DNA of 64,000 nt from an uncultured Gemmatimonadaceae bacterium (GCA_964580055.1 CAZOJI010000010.1:4367-68366), one strand, 5' to 3'; shown: positions 18,408 to 28,608, counted from the stretch's first letter. Made by a program: numbers and translations. Notes: generated from the letters alone by a model not told the origin.

Positions 18408-19868
18408 TTGCCGTGCGGCGATTCGCTGAGAACACTTCCACCGCCGAGACGGATGGGATCACCGAGGACAAAACGCAAGTCTTACGACCGTTCCATCGTG
18501 GACGGCCCGATCTTTCCTGCCGTGTGGAAGCTCGCCTGGCCAACGATGCTTCAGAACGTCATCGGCGGGCTGCAGGGCATAGTCGACCATGCGATGGTGG
18601 GGCACTACGTTGGCTATACCGGCAACGCCGCGATCGGCGTGTCGTGGCAGATCTTCCTGGTTGTGATCGTCTTCATCAGTTCGGTGTTCACTGGAATGGG
18701 AGTTCTGGTTGCACGGTTTGCCGGCGCGAACGAGCCGGACAAGGTCAATCGGACTGTCTATCAGGCGTTTTTGACCGGGGCGGTCATGATGGTGGGTATC
18801 ATGGCGCCGCTTGGTTACTTCCTGTCGCCAACGCTGCTCGAGTTGGTGAATACGACCCCCGAGGTGCGCGCCGAAGCACTGCCCTATATCAGGATCATGT
18901 TCCTGTTCGGCTTCGGGATGATGGTGTTCTTCTTGTTGGGCGGTGCGCTGCGCTCGGCCGGAGACGCCCGCACGCCGCTCCGTTACGGAATCACGCTAAC
19001 CATCATGAATCTGGTGTTCAATGTGATCTTGATTCGCGGCCTCGGTCCGATACCGGCATTCGGCACCGCAGGCGCCGCAATGGGAACCGTGATTGCCGCG
19101 TGTCTGCTGAGCCTCGTCGCAGCGCAACGCCTGTTCCTTTCAGATAAGTGGGTTGTTCAGTTCCACCGCGGTATGAGCCTGAAACCCGATTTCCCCCTCA
19201 TTCGCGAGCTCTTCAGGTTTGGCATCCCAGCAGGCATTCAGGGGATCGTCATGAATATCGGGGGAGTCGTTCTGCTCGGCTTTGTGGGTTCGCTGAGGCT
19301 GAGCGGACAGGCACAGGCGGCATACGCGGTATGTTATACGCAACTGTTCTCGCTGATCACGTGGACATCGGTTGGACTCATGGGTGCGGCCGCGGCGTTC
19401 AGCGGACAGAATTTGGGTGCGGGCAAACCGGAAAGGGCGGTGCACGGCGTTCGGGTCGCCGCATGGGTTGGCCTGGGGGTGGCTGCGGTTGTGGGTTCGC
19501 TTTTCTTGCTGATTCCGCGGCAGTTGCTGGGCGTCTTTGGAATGGACGATCCGATAGTCGTTGCCTTGGGAGTGGAACTGCTGGCCTTCCTGAGTGTGTC
19601 GGGCATCTTCGTTACTGGCGCACTCGCTTACACTGGAGGGCTTCAAGGCACGGGCGACACGAAGGGCCCCCTCTACATCTCGATCATATCCCAGGTGCTG
19701 ATTCCTCTCAGCATGTGCACGCTGTTTGATACGCTCGGACGACTCGATCCGCGGGAGATCTGGTTGGCGATCGTTCTGGGCCACCTGACACGCTCGCTCT
19801 TGAGCCTGGGTCGCTTCCGGCAGGGCAAGTGGAGGTCGATAGAGGTGGAGATCGGAACCGGACGCTGA
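18408..19868 (+). CDS. MATE family efflux transporter
   Basis: 'WKLAWPTMLQNVIGGLQGIVDHAMVGH', 12-TM-like profile. Start uncertain (TTG 18408 or ATG 18453). Confidence 0.85.
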   Translation: MPCGDSLRTLPPPRRMGSPRTKRKSYDRSIVDGPIFPAVWKLAWPTMLQNVIGGLQGIVDHAMVGHYVGYTGNAAIGVSWQIFLVVIVFISSVFTGMGVLVARFAGANEPDKVNRTVYQAFLTGAVMMVGIMAPLGYFLSPTLLELVNTTPEVRAEALPYIRIMFLFGFGMMVFFLLGGALRSAGDARTPLRYGITLTIMNLVFNVILIRGLGPIPAFGTAGAAMGTVIAACLLSLVAAQRLFLSDKWVVQFHRGMSLKPDFPLIRELFRFGIPAGIQGIVMNIGGVVLLGFVGSLRLSGQAQAAYAVCYTQLFSLITWTSVGLMGAAAAFSGQNLGAGKPERAVHGVRVAAWVGLGVAAVVGSLFLLIPRQLLGVFGMDDPIVVALGVELLAFLSVSGIFVTGALAYTGGLQGTGDTKGPLYISIISQVLIPLSMCTLFDTLGRLDPREIWLAIVLGHLTRSLLSLGRFRQGKWRSIEVEIGTGR

Positions 19869-20215
19869 CGCTTGAAATGGCGTCTCGCATTGGGATGAAG
19901 GTGTCGGGGAAGTGGTTGCGGACCGGGTCCGCGGACGGGAAGCGACACAAGACGCTTGCATCCTCAGCCTCCGATCGGAGAGGACAAAGGCAACTCCGCA
20001 CTAGGTGCAGCAGCCGCGGAGTGTTACTATACATCCTGTTGTGCGAACCGCGAGCAGGCATCTTCTCTCCGTACAGAATGGTTCCCGCTCAGGAAATGGG
20101 TACCGGCGCTTAGGCAATCCGTCGTTTCATTCCTCAGGTTCAGACATGTTGAAACACTGCGACCCCATGGCAATGGTGCCTAGGGGCGGGTGTCTCGTTA
20201 TTTGGAGGAGTTGTT

Positions 20216-21448
20216 TTGAGTAGGATATCATTTGAGTCATTGGGCCTGGCGCCCGAGCTCGTGAAGGCTGTAGAAGAGCAGGGGTACACCGAGCCCACGC
20301 CGATTCAGCAAGAGGCAATCCCGATGGGTTTGGCCGGGAAAGATGTGGTCGGTTCCGCGCAGACGGGCACCGGGAAGACGGCGGCGTTCCTTCTCCCAAT
20401 TCTGCAGCGTCTCGATCCCAGCGAACGTGGTGTGTTTCGCGCGCTGATACTTACGCCGACCAGAGAACTCGCGGAACAAGTGCTGCAAGCGGTTAGGGCG
20501 TATGGGTGCCACACGGGGAAAGAATCCGTTGCGATATACGGTGGTGTGCCGCTGGGACCGCAAACCCGCGCATTGCGACGCGGGATCGATATAGTCGTAG
20601 CAACGCCGGGCCGCCTATTGGACCACATGAGCAGGGGGCATGTAGATAGCTCGAAACTCGAATTCCTGGTGCTCGACGAGGCGGATCGTATGCTGGACAT
20701 GGGCTTTGCCCCGGACGTGATGCAGATAATCGATTCGTTGCCCTCTGAGCGTCAGACCATGTGCTTTTCCGCAACGATCTCGTCGGAGGTGGATCGGCTC
20801 GCGAGGCGTGCGCTCAGGCAACATGCAGAGGTCGAGATAGGCAGGCGCGCAGAGGTCGCGGAAGGAGTGGAGCACATCATAGTCGCGGTCGACAAAGCTG
20901 ATAAACGAAAGGCATTGCTGCGGATGCTTCAAGAGGTTCCCGAAAATGGCCGCACACTCGTGTTTACCCGCACCAAACACGGAGCTGACAAGCTGGCGTT
21001 CTTTCTGAGGCGAGAAGGACTGAACGTATCCGCTCTGCACGGAGACAAGAGCCAGGATGCTCGTGACAAGGCGCTTGCGAGGTTCAAGAATGGTAAAGTG
21101 AGCACTCTCGTCGCCACCGACGTCGCGGCGCGCGGTATTGACGTTACCGACATCCTCATGGTGGTCAACTATGACGTGCCGCATGATCCCGAGATCTACG
21201 TTCATCGCGTAGGAAGGACGGCGCGAGCCGGTGGCCACGGGGTCGGTCTGACACTGATGTCGCCTGACGAATGGATTTTGATGCGAGACGTTGAGAAACT
21301 CATGGGGCGGAGCTTCCGCCGCGATGTTATGCCCGGCATGGAGCCTGACATAATGCCGCTCCAGCCCGAGGAGCGCGCGGAGGCCCTCAAACGGCCTGCT
21401 CGGTCCGTGATGTCCAGGCGCGGCGGCAGGGGTGGTAGAACGAGGTGA
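20216..21448 (+). CDS. DEAD-box ATP-dependent RNA helicase (RhlE-like)
   Basis: TTG start 5 nt after GGAGGAG. 'AQTGTGKT', 'PTRELA', 'DEAD', 'SAT', 'VATDVAARGID', 'HRVGRTARAG'. Confidence 0.95.
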   Translation: MSRISFESLGLAPELVKAVEEQGYTEPTPIQQEAIPMGLAGKDVVGSAQTGTGKTAAFLLPILQRLDPSERGVFRALILTPTRELAEQVLQAVRAYGCHTGKESVAIYGGVPLGPQTRALRRGIDIVVATPGRLLDHMSRGHVDSSKLEFLVLDEADRMLDMGFAPDVMQIIDSLPSERQTMCFSATISSEVDRLARRALRQHAEVEIGRRAEVAEGVEHIIVAVDKADKRKALLRMLQEVPENGRTLVFTRTKHGADKLAFFLRREGLNVSALHGDKSQDARDKALARFKNGKVSTLVATDVAARGIDVTDILMVVNYDVPHDPEIYVHRVGRTARAGGHGVGLTLMSPDEWILMRDVEKLMGRSFRRDVMPGMEPDIMPLQPEERAEALKRPARSVMSRRGGRGGRTR

Positions 21449-21922
21449 CCGGGCGTTGCGTATAGACCCTGCCAGATGCGTCGCCTGTGCCAACTGCGGT
21501 GCCATCTGTCCGATGGGAGCGATTTCGATCGATGTCTCAGTGAACCACGCCAACGTCGACTACGACGAATGCATCGAATGCGGCGCGAACTGATCGAGGC
21601 GGATCTCGGGCTTTCGATAAACGTGAGCACCTCCGTGGAAGGGGCTCGAGAGTTGGCCTCTGCCTGTGAAATACCACGTCACAGCGTCGAATACTCGCTC
21701 GGCTTCGACGACCCGCACGATCGGTTGCCGGAGAGGCCGGTACTGGAACTCTCGACAATGTGTGGGCACGGCATGGTATCTTCGAACTTGCCCAAGAAAA
21801 TGATAGAGATGGCGAAGGAGGGCCCCCGCAGCCCGGATCAAGGCGCGAAGACGATGGCGCGCTTCTGTCCCTGCGGCGTTTTCAATCCGGCTCGGGCCAA
21901 GAGGTTGTTGGAGAAGCGGTAG
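21432..21922 (+). pseudogene. Split/frameshifted Fe-S protein: 4Fe-4S ferredoxin-type N-terminus (frame A, stop 21591-93) plus a Cys-containing C-terminal part in the -1 frame (ORF 21476..21922)
   Basis: Frame A reads '(V)VERGDRALRIDPARCVACANCGAICPMGAISID...DYDECIECGAN*', giving a complete CxxCxxCxxxCP motif and only half of a second one. Frame B continues with '...STMCGHGMVSS...ARFCPCGVFNPARAKRLL'. Confidence 0.4.
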
Positions 21923-21986
21923 AGTCTGCGCGGTGCGCGGACCAGGCTTTCAGCAGCGGATTCTACATGGAGTTTGGAGGAGATCG

Positions 21987-23174
21987 ATGAGCGCACGAAC
22001 GCCCTACAGATCAGGTCGTCATTTCCTGCAGATCCCCGGCCCCTCGAACACTCCGGAGCGCGTGTTGCGAGCGATGGCGAAGCCAACCATCGACCACCGG
22101 GGACCGGAATTCGCTGAATTGACGCTGCGAATCCTGGACAGGATCAAGAGTGTGTTCCAGACGGAACAACCGGTTTTGATGTTTCCGTCATCGGGAACCG
22201 GCGTCTGGGAAGCGGCTCTGGTCAACTCACTCTCGCCCGGCGACCGGATTCTCGCGTTCGAGACGGGCCAGTTCGCTACAGCGTGGCGCAACGTCGCGAC
22301 CCGCTTAGGGCTCTCCGTGGAGTGGGTTGAAGGAGATTGGCGGCACGGAGTTGATCCGGCGGTAGTGGAATCGATACTTGCGGACGACCGCGAGGGCACG
22401 ATCAAGGCGGTCATCGTGGTCCATAACGAGACCTCGTCGGGAATCACCAACGACGTTGCCGGCGTCCGTGCTGCCATCGATGCTGCGGGCCACTCAGCCC
22501 TCCTGATGGCGGACGGGATCTCCTCGATAGGCTCCATAGACTACCGGCACGACGAATGGGGGGTGGACGTATCGATTTGCAGTTCTCAAAAGGGGCTCAT
22601 GCTTCCGCCCGGACTCGCCATGAACGCCGTGAGTCAGAAGGCGCTGCATGCGTCGCAGTCGGCCGGTTTCACGAAGTCATACTGGGACTGGGCGCCGGTG
22701 CTGAGTATGAACGAACGGGGGTTCTTTCCCTATACTCCGCCAACCAATCTGCTATACGGTTTGGATGTCGCACTGGACATGCTGCTTGAAGAAGGTCTGG
22801 AGGCCGTATTCGCCAGACATCACCGCTTGGCGGAGGCGACACGCGAGGCCGTGCGAGCCTGGGGACTCGAATTCTGCTGCTCGAATCCCCAGGAATACTC
22901 GGACACTCTGACCGCTGTATGGATGCCGGACGGTAATGACGCCGACGAGTTGCGCCGGTTGATTCTGGACCGCTTCGATATGTCGCTGGGCACCGGACTC
23001 GGGAAGGTCAAAGGACGAGTGTTCCGCATCGGTCACCTGGGTGATTTCAACGATCTGATGCTCGCAGGTACTCTATCGGGAGTAGAGATGGGGCTCGAGT
23101 TGGCGGGAGTACCGCACAACAAGGGCGGAATAAATGCAGCCCTCGACTACCTGGCGTCTTCCAGCATAGCATAG
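21987..23174 (+). CDS. Class-V aminotransferase of the serine-glyoxylate / alanine-glyoxylate (AGXT/SPT) type
   Basis: ATG 21987 follows GGAGGAG. 'FLQIPGPSNTPERVLRAM' and 'CSSQKGLMLPPGLA' (PLP lysine). Confidence 0.85.
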   Translation: MSARTPYRSGRHFLQIPGPSNTPERVLRAMAKPTIDHRGPEFAELTLRILDRIKSVFQTEQPVLMFPSSGTGVWEAALVNSLSPGDRILAFETGQFATAWRNVATRLGLSVEWVEGDWRHGVDPAVVESILADDREGTIKAVIVVHNETSSGITNDVAGVRAAIDAAGHSALLMADGISSIGSIDYRHDEWGVDVSICSSQKGLMLPPGLAMNAVSQKALHASQSAGFTKSYWDWAPVLSMNERGFFPYTPPTNLLYGLDVALDMLLEEGLEAVFARHHRLAEATREAVRAWGLEFCCSNPQEYSDTLTAVWMPDGNDADELRRLILDRFDMSLGTGLGKVKGRVFRIGHLGDFNDLMLAGTLSGVEMGLELAGVPHNKGGINAALDYLASSSIA

Positions 23175-23198
23175 AGCGGCGTTACTCGGCAACGCGTA

Positions 23199-24566
23199 AT
23201 GGATCCGAACACCGCGGTTACCACCAATGTGATCGTTGCGCTGGCTGGGTTTGCCGTCTGCATCTTCCTGCTGTTGTTCCTCATTGCCAGGTGGAAGTGG
23301 CACGTATTCCTGGCACTCCTGCTTCCCATCCTGGTGTTTGGAGTGATTCCAGGTATTCAGCGGAACAACTTCATCGATGCCTTTGAGCAGGGGTTCGGCA
23401 ACACGCTCGGGAAGATCGGAATAGTGATCGTGCTCGGCTCGATCATTGCCGAGGCGTTGCGGCACACCGGCGCCATACAAGTGATAACACGGTCAATGGT
23501 CAGCCTGGTAGGCACGCATCGTATGCCCTTCGCTCTCACACTCACAGGGTTCGTGCTCGGAGTCGCCATTTTCTCCGACGTTGCGTACGTGATCCTGAAT
23601 CCGCTGGTGCATTCCTCGGCTCACGCGATGGGAGTGAGTATCGGGACTATGTCGATCGGTCTGGTGGGAGCACTGCAACTCACGCATGCCATAGTGCCGC
23701 CCACACCGGGTCCTCTCGCGGCCGCGGCACTGGTTGGCGCCGACATCGGAAAGACGATCATGTTCGGAGCCGTTGCATGCCTCATCGGTTCGGTGGCCGG
23801 ATGGGTGTGGGGACAGTACGTGATAGGACCGCGCTTGCCGACTCCGCCCTCGGATGAATTCAAGAACCAACAGGGACTCGAAACCACGCAATACGAACGA
23901 GTGCCCACGACGCTGAGTTCTTATGCACCCATTGTAGTTCCGGTGGTTTTGATCAGCGCCCAGAGCGTCGCGAGGCTCTGGCTCGCGGAAGATCATGTTC
24001 TCCGGATGGTTCTGGCGTATGTGGGTTGGCCGGTTGTCGCTCTGACCATCGGGCTGTGGCTTGCCTTTCGCAACATCGGACCCGACGTAGACAAGACAAA
24101 GACGGCCAATCAGTGGGTAAGGGACGGACTGAAGACCTCTGCGATGATCCTGGTCGTTACGGGTCTGGGCGGATCGTTGAGCGCAATTCTCAAGGGTACA
24201 CCGGCGGTGGATTTCGTGGCCGAGGTGTTTACCACTCACGGTCTCCCGGCGATTCTGCTTCCCTTCTTGATAGGCGTGATCGGCAATATTCTGACCGGCT
24301 CCACAACGGTGGGAGTGATTACCGCGGGGTCCTTGGTGGCACCGATGTTGGGCTCACTGGGACTGTCGCCTGAAGCGGCCATGCTATCAGGGGCGTCTGG
24401 TTCGGTGATAATTAAGTACGTAAATTCCAGCTACTTCTGGGTATGTACTTCACTCACCAGGCTCGATGTCAAAGAGGCTTTGCTCGGCTTTGGTGGTGTG
24501 ACGTTCGTTGGTGGTACCGCGTCATTTGCCGCGGTTTGGCTAATGTGGGCGGCTGGTTTGGTTTGA
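23199..24566 (+). CDS. GntP family organic-acid permease
   Basis: 455-aa polytopic protein. N-terminal third matches the GntP pattern ('FEQGFGNTLGKIGIVIVLGSIIAEALRHTGA'). Confidence 0.75.
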   Translation: MDPNTAVTTNVIVALAGFAVCIFLLLFLIARWKWHVFLALLLPILVFGVIPGIQRNNFIDAFEQGFGNTLGKIGIVIVLGSIIAEALRHTGAIQVITRSMVSLVGTHRMPFALTLTGFVLGVAIFSDVAYVILNPLVHSSAHAMGVSIGTMSIGLVGALQLTHAIVPPTPGPLAAAALVGADIGKTIMFGAVACLIGSVAGWVWGQYVIGPRLPTPPSDEFKNQQGLETTQYERVPTTLSSYAPIVVPVVLISAQSVARLWLAEDHVLRMVLAYVGWPVVALTIGLWLAFRNIGPDVDKTKTANQWVRDGLKTSAMILVVTGLGGSLSAILKGTPAVDFVAEVFTTHGLPAILLPFLIGVIGNILTGSTTVGVITAGSLVAPMLGSLGLSPEAAMLSGASGSVIIKYVNSSYFWVCTSLTRLDVKEALLGFGGVTFVGGTASFAAVWLMWAAGLV

Positions 24567-24601
24567 GCGCGGTTGCCTTGCCGGTTTCTATGGAGGATTG
24601 A

Positions 24602-27538
24602 TTGTCAAATTCTGAAACAAACGCTTCGCTGGAGGGCGCACTCCGGGACGCTTTGGATGGCGAGGTTCGTTTCGACAAGATCTCCAGGGCCATCTACTCT
24701 ACTGACGGTAGTGTCTATCAGATATTCCCCGCCGGCGTAGTTGTACCAGAGTCTGCCGGGGATGTGATGGCCACGTTGAAGGTGTGCCGGGAGTTCGGTA
24801 TGCCGATCACGCCGCGTGGCGGCGGGACATCGCAGAGCGGACAGGCTGTCGGCGCCGGTGTGCAGATCGATTTCTCCAAGTACATGCACGGGGTTTTGGA
24901 CCTCGATGTCGATGCCAGGACCGTGGTTGTGGAGCCCGGGATAGTCCTGGACGAGCTCAACAATCGTCTGAAGCCCCACGGTCTGCAGCTCCCAATAGAC
25001 GTCTCGACTTCGAGTCGCGCGACCATCGGCGGGATGATCGCGAACAACTCGTCCGGCACGCGATCCATTATCTACGGATGCACGATCGATTACGTTCTCG
25101 AGGCCAAAGTGCTCCTGGCCGACGGGAGTGTGATCACGGTACGTCCCCTGGATTCTGAGGAACTCGACCGCAAATGTGAGCAGAAGGACCTCGAGGGTGT
25201 TTGTTACCAGACCGTCCGCGGCCTTGCCGAGATGCACTCTGAGGAGATCGAACGACGTTATCCCAAGATCAAGAGGCGAGTCGGCGGCTACAACTTGGAT
25301 CATTTCGTTCCCTCAAACGGCAGCTTCGACCTGTGCAAGTTGATGGTAGGTTCTGAAGGCACGCTCGGTATCGTGCTCGACGCGAAGCTTCGGCTCGTCG
25401 AGCTTCCCAAGGCAAAGGTCCTGTGCGTGCCTCAGTTCGAGAGTCTTTCTGAAGCAATGCGGGCGGTGCAGTTCATACTGGAGCATGAGCCGTCGGCGGT
25501 GGAGCTGATGGACAGGAACCTGCTCGAGCAGACGCGTGGCAAGAGGGAGTTCGAACCGCTTCGCGACTTCATCGTGGGCGACCCCGCGGCAATGCACATT
25601 GTCGAGTTCTCGGGGGAGACGAGCGACGACCTTTCCGGCCGAATCGATCGGCTCGAGGCCGATCTCAGGGAGCGAGGTTTGAGCAGTCAGGTACATCGCG
25701 CCATTGAATCGGATGCCCAGGCTCGGATCTGGAAGTTGCGCCAGGCCGGTCTGGGGCTCGCGATGTCGGAGACGGGAGACACCAAGGGCATCGCGTACGT
25801 CGAGGACACCGCTGTCGCACCGGAGAGGCTTCCCGAATACATCGACAGGTTCGACGCTATCGTGAGGGAGAATGGCACTACCGCCAGTTACTATGCCCAT
25901 GCTTCTGTAGGCCTGCTTCATATTCGTCCCGCGATAAACATGAAGACTGTAGAAGGCGTCGCTCAGTTCGAGCGCATTGCCGAGCAGGTTGCGGATCTCG
26001 TGCTCGAATTTGGCGGAGCCCTGTCGGCGGAGCACGGAGACGGTTTGGTGCGCTCGCCATTTCAACGCAAAATGTTCGGGCCGATTGTGTACGACGCGTT
26101 TTGCGAGATCAAACATACCTTTGACGAAGCCGGGCTGCTCAATCCTGGAAAGATCGTTCACGCCGAGCCGATAACCAACAACCTCAAATTCGGTCCGCAG
26201 TACAAGACGAACGAGGTCGAAACCGCGTTCGATTTTTCGGATTTTGGCGGCATATCGCGTGCGGCAGAGCAGTGCGGCGGAGTTGGCGCTTGTCGCAAGA
26301 CGCTTGCGGGTACGATGTGCCCTTCATACATGGCCACACTCGAGGAAGCCGACAGCACTCGAGCGAGAGCAAACGCTCTGCGCCTCGCGATCTCAGGTCA
26401 GTTGGGCCCCCTGGGTTTGACGGATCCCGAACTCTACCCGGTGATGGATTTGTGTCTCGAATGCAAGGCGTGCAAGACCGAATGCCCGACCAGCGTCGAC
26501 ATGGCACGTCTGAAGAGCGAGTTCCTGTACCAGTATCAGCGCGAACATGGCGTGTCTCTCAGGTCGCGTGTTCTCGCGGCCGCCGAACGCGCTGCAGTTT
26601 GGGGGAGCCGCTTTGCGCCGTTGTCGAACTGGAAGCTCAGAAATCCTCTTTCTCGGTGGTTGAGCGAGGTCGCCTTGGGGATCGACCGCAGGCGGGTTCT
26701 TCCCGCGTTCTCGCGCAGGACGTTCCTGGGATGGTGGAAGGCTCACGGCGCAGGGCTGGAGGCGGAGTTGCGGCAGGAGCGGAAGGCATCGGATCAGGAC
26801 AATACATCAAAGCAGGTGGCGGTGTTCGGGGACACATTCACGAACCACTACGAGCCCGAGCACGGAATCGCAGCAGTGCGGCTAGCGGCCAAGTTGGGAC
26901 GGGAAGTAATCGTACCTCCGCGCGTCTGCTGCGGTAGGCCACTGATCTCCAAAGGGTTTCTCGACCAAGCCAGAGAGCAGGCCGCCGCGACAGCGCAGGC
27001 TTTGTTCCCAATCGCGGAGCGGGGAGTGCCGATCATATTCTGCGAGCCAGGATGCTTCTCGGCAGTGCGGGACGACCATCCCCTGTTGCTGCGCGGTGAA
27101 TTGAAGGAGAAAGCGGAAGCCGTGTCTTCCGTGTGTCTCACCGTGGAGGAGTGGGCGGAGGAGACGCTCGCCACGCTGGATGGAGAGGTTGCCTGCGAAA
27201 AGGGTGGGCCGTCCAGGATCCTGTTGCACGGCCACTGTCACCAGAAGGCACTAACGGGCATTGGACCTGCGACGAGACTGCTGTCGCGAATCCCGGGCTG
27301 CGAAGTGACCGACACTGACGCCGGCTGTTGTGGCATGGCGGGATCGTTCGGGTACGAGCGCGAACACTATGAAGTCTCCAAGGCAGTGGGAGAGCGCAAG
27401 CTGTTTCCTGCTATCCGCGAGAGGGAGCGGGGCACAGTGGTTGTTGCACCCGGCTTCTCCTGCCGCCAACAGATCAAGCACTTCACAGGTGTGGATGCGG
27501 TTACGGTAGTGCAGGTGTTAGAGCCGCTGATCAGATGA
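24602..27538 (+). CDS. Fused FAD-linked oxidase + 4Fe-4S + CCG-domain protein (YdiJ / GlcD-GlcF-like 2-hydroxyacid dehydrogenase)
   Basis: TTG start after GGAGG. 'PRGGGTSQSGQAVG' (FAD-binding), 'CGGVGACRKT..MCPS' and 'CLECKACKTECP' Fe-S motifs, and two Cys-rich 'CCGRP' / 'CCGMAGSFGYE' CCG-type segments. 978 aa. Confidence 0.85.
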   Translation: MSNSETNASLEGALRDALDGEVRFDKISRAIYSTDGSVYQIFPAGVVVPESAGDVMATLKVCREFGMPITPRGGGTSQSGQAVGAGVQIDFSKYMHGVLDLDVDARTVVVEPGIVLDELNNRLKPHGLQLPIDVSTSSRATIGGMIANNSSGTRSIIYGCTIDYVLEAKVLLADGSVITVRPLDSEELDRKCEQKDLEGVCYQTVRGLAEMHSEEIERRYPKIKRRVGGYNLDHFVPSNGSFDLCKLMVGSEGTLGIVLDAKLRLVELPKAKVLCVPQFESLSEAMRAVQFILEHEPSAVELMDRNLLEQTRGKREFEPLRDFIVGDPAAMHIVEFSGETSDDLSGRIDRLEADLRERGLSSQVHRAIESDAQARIWKLRQAGLGLAMSETGDTKGIAYVEDTAVAPERLPEYIDRFDAIVRENGTTASYYAHASVGLLHIRPAINMKTVEGVAQFERIAEQVADLVLEFGGALSAEHGDGLVRSPFQRKMFGPIVYDAFCEIKHTFDEAGLLNPGKIVHAEPITNNLKFGPQYKTNEVETAFDFSDFGGISRAAEQCGGVGACRKTLAGTMCPSYMATLEEADSTRARANALRLAISGQLGPLGLTDPELYPVMDLCLECKACKTECPTSVDMARLKSEFLYQYQREHGVSLRSRVLAAAERAAVWGSRFAPLSNWKLRNPLSRWLSEVALGIDRRRVLPAFSRRTFLGWWKAHGAGLEAELRQERKASDQDNTSKQVAVFGDTFTNHYEPEHGIAAVRLAAKLGREVIVPPRVCCGRPLISKGFLDQAREQAAATAQALFPIAERGVPIIFCEPGCFSAVRDDHPLLLRGELKEKAEAVSSVCLTVEEWAEETLATLDGEVACEKGGPSRILLHGHCHQKALTGIGPATRLLSRIPGCEVTDTDAGCCGMAGSFGYEREHYEVSKAVGERKLFPAIRERERGTVVVAPGFSCRQQIKHFTGVDAVTVVQVLEPLIR

Positions 27539-28589
27539 ACACTATCTGCTCGAACACGTTCTGCACGAAGAACAGAGCCACGTAGCAGATGAGGGCTGTT
27601 ATAGCAGGAGTCACTATCCACCCGACGGCGATGTTTCGCAACACGGACCAACGGATCTGCCGAAAACCACTCACACCGCGCACCAGGGCCAGGCCACAGA
27701 CCGCTCCGACCACGGCCTGAGAACTAGATACCGGTACCAACGGGATTGCCGGCAGGCCGACGGAGATCACGAACTCCTGTAGCGCACGCGACGAGAAAAC
27801 GAAGAGTACGATTGCCTGGGCCATTACGACCACCCAGCCTCCTACCGGTCCCACCGTCACGATCTCCTTGCCCACCGTCATCATGACGTTTTGCGAGAAA
27901 AATGCTCCTGCAGCGATCGCGAGGCCGCCCAACAGAAACAGCTGTTGTGGGCCCGTGAGGGTGACAACACCGCCGATGGAAACGTCGTTGAGCGGAGACG
28001 CGGGAACGAATACTCCGACGACATTGGCAATGTTGTTTGCCCCCAGGCTGTAGGCCCCGAACGCACCTGCAGCCAGCAGCCCGAGTCTGGTCCATTGGTC
28101 CAGGTAGAGTATGTGCGGCTTGATCGTCCTTATCGTCCACGTGGTGAGTTGATACAGCACTAACGCGAATATGGCTCCGAGTATTGGGCATGCGACCCAC
28201 GTCGCCACTATCCTGATCAGTGCGGTCCAGTTGGTGTCGGTCGCGCTGAACAGATTCCAGCCCAAGATACCACCTACCACGGCCTGTGTTGTGGAAACCG
28301 GCAGGCGGAGCCTCGTCATGCCGAACACAGTAGCGGCAGCTGCAAGTGCGACGGTGAATGAGCCGCCCAGCGCGTTGACGGCGCCAAGCTGGCCGAGGCC
28401 GCGTGCTGGACCTCCGCCACTGGTAACGGCACCAATTACCACGAACACGCCGCAGACTGTGGCTGCTGTAGTGAACCGCAGCATTCGGCTGGCCACGGCC
28501 GTGCCGAACACGTTGGCCGCATCGTTGGAACCCAACGACCATCCCAGTAGCAGGCCGCTGGTGAGAAAGACAAAGAAGGTTGGACCCAT
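27531..28589 (-). CDS. pit: Inorganic phosphate transporter, PiT family
   Basis: 'GSNDAANVFGTAV' and the second half-repeat 'GANNIANVVG'. 3' end overlaps the convergent oxidase gene by 8 nt. Confidence 0.9.
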   Translation of the reverse strand: MGPTFFVFLTSGLLLGWSLGSNDAANVFGTAVASRMLRFTTAATVCGVFVVIGAVTSGGGPARGLGQLGAVNALGGSFTVALAAAATVFGMTRLRLPVSTTQAVVGGILGWNLFSATDTNWTALIRIVATWVACPILGAIFALVLYQLTTWTIRTIKPHILYLDQWTRLGLLAAGAFGAYSLGANNIANVVGVFVPASPLNDVSIGGVVTLTGPQQLFLLGGLAIAAGAFFSQNVMMTVGKEIVTVGPVGGWVVVMAQAIVLFVFSSRALQEFVISVGLPAIPLVPVSSSQAVVGAVCGLALVRGVSGFRQIRWSVLRNIAVGWIVTPAITALICYVALFFVQNVFEQIVFI

Positions 28590-28608
28590 GTTTGCCCGCT
28601 GTCGGTCC

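Noticed and set aside
19869-20215. A 347-nt gap before the DEAD-box helicase containing several small hairpins (for example ACTCCGC/GCGGAGT at 19993-20022). I considered an sRNA or a thermosensing leader.
   Set aside because: Long 5' leaders are common for cold-shock-type DEAD-box helicases. No conserved RNA family signature was recognised, and the small ORFs here (72-75 aa) look non-coding. It cannot be resolved without transcript mapping.
27531-27538. 8-nt overlap of the convergent 3' ends of the YdiJ-like oxidase and the PiT genes.
   Set aside because: This is a trivial consequence of compact gene packing, and no structure or motif is associated with it.
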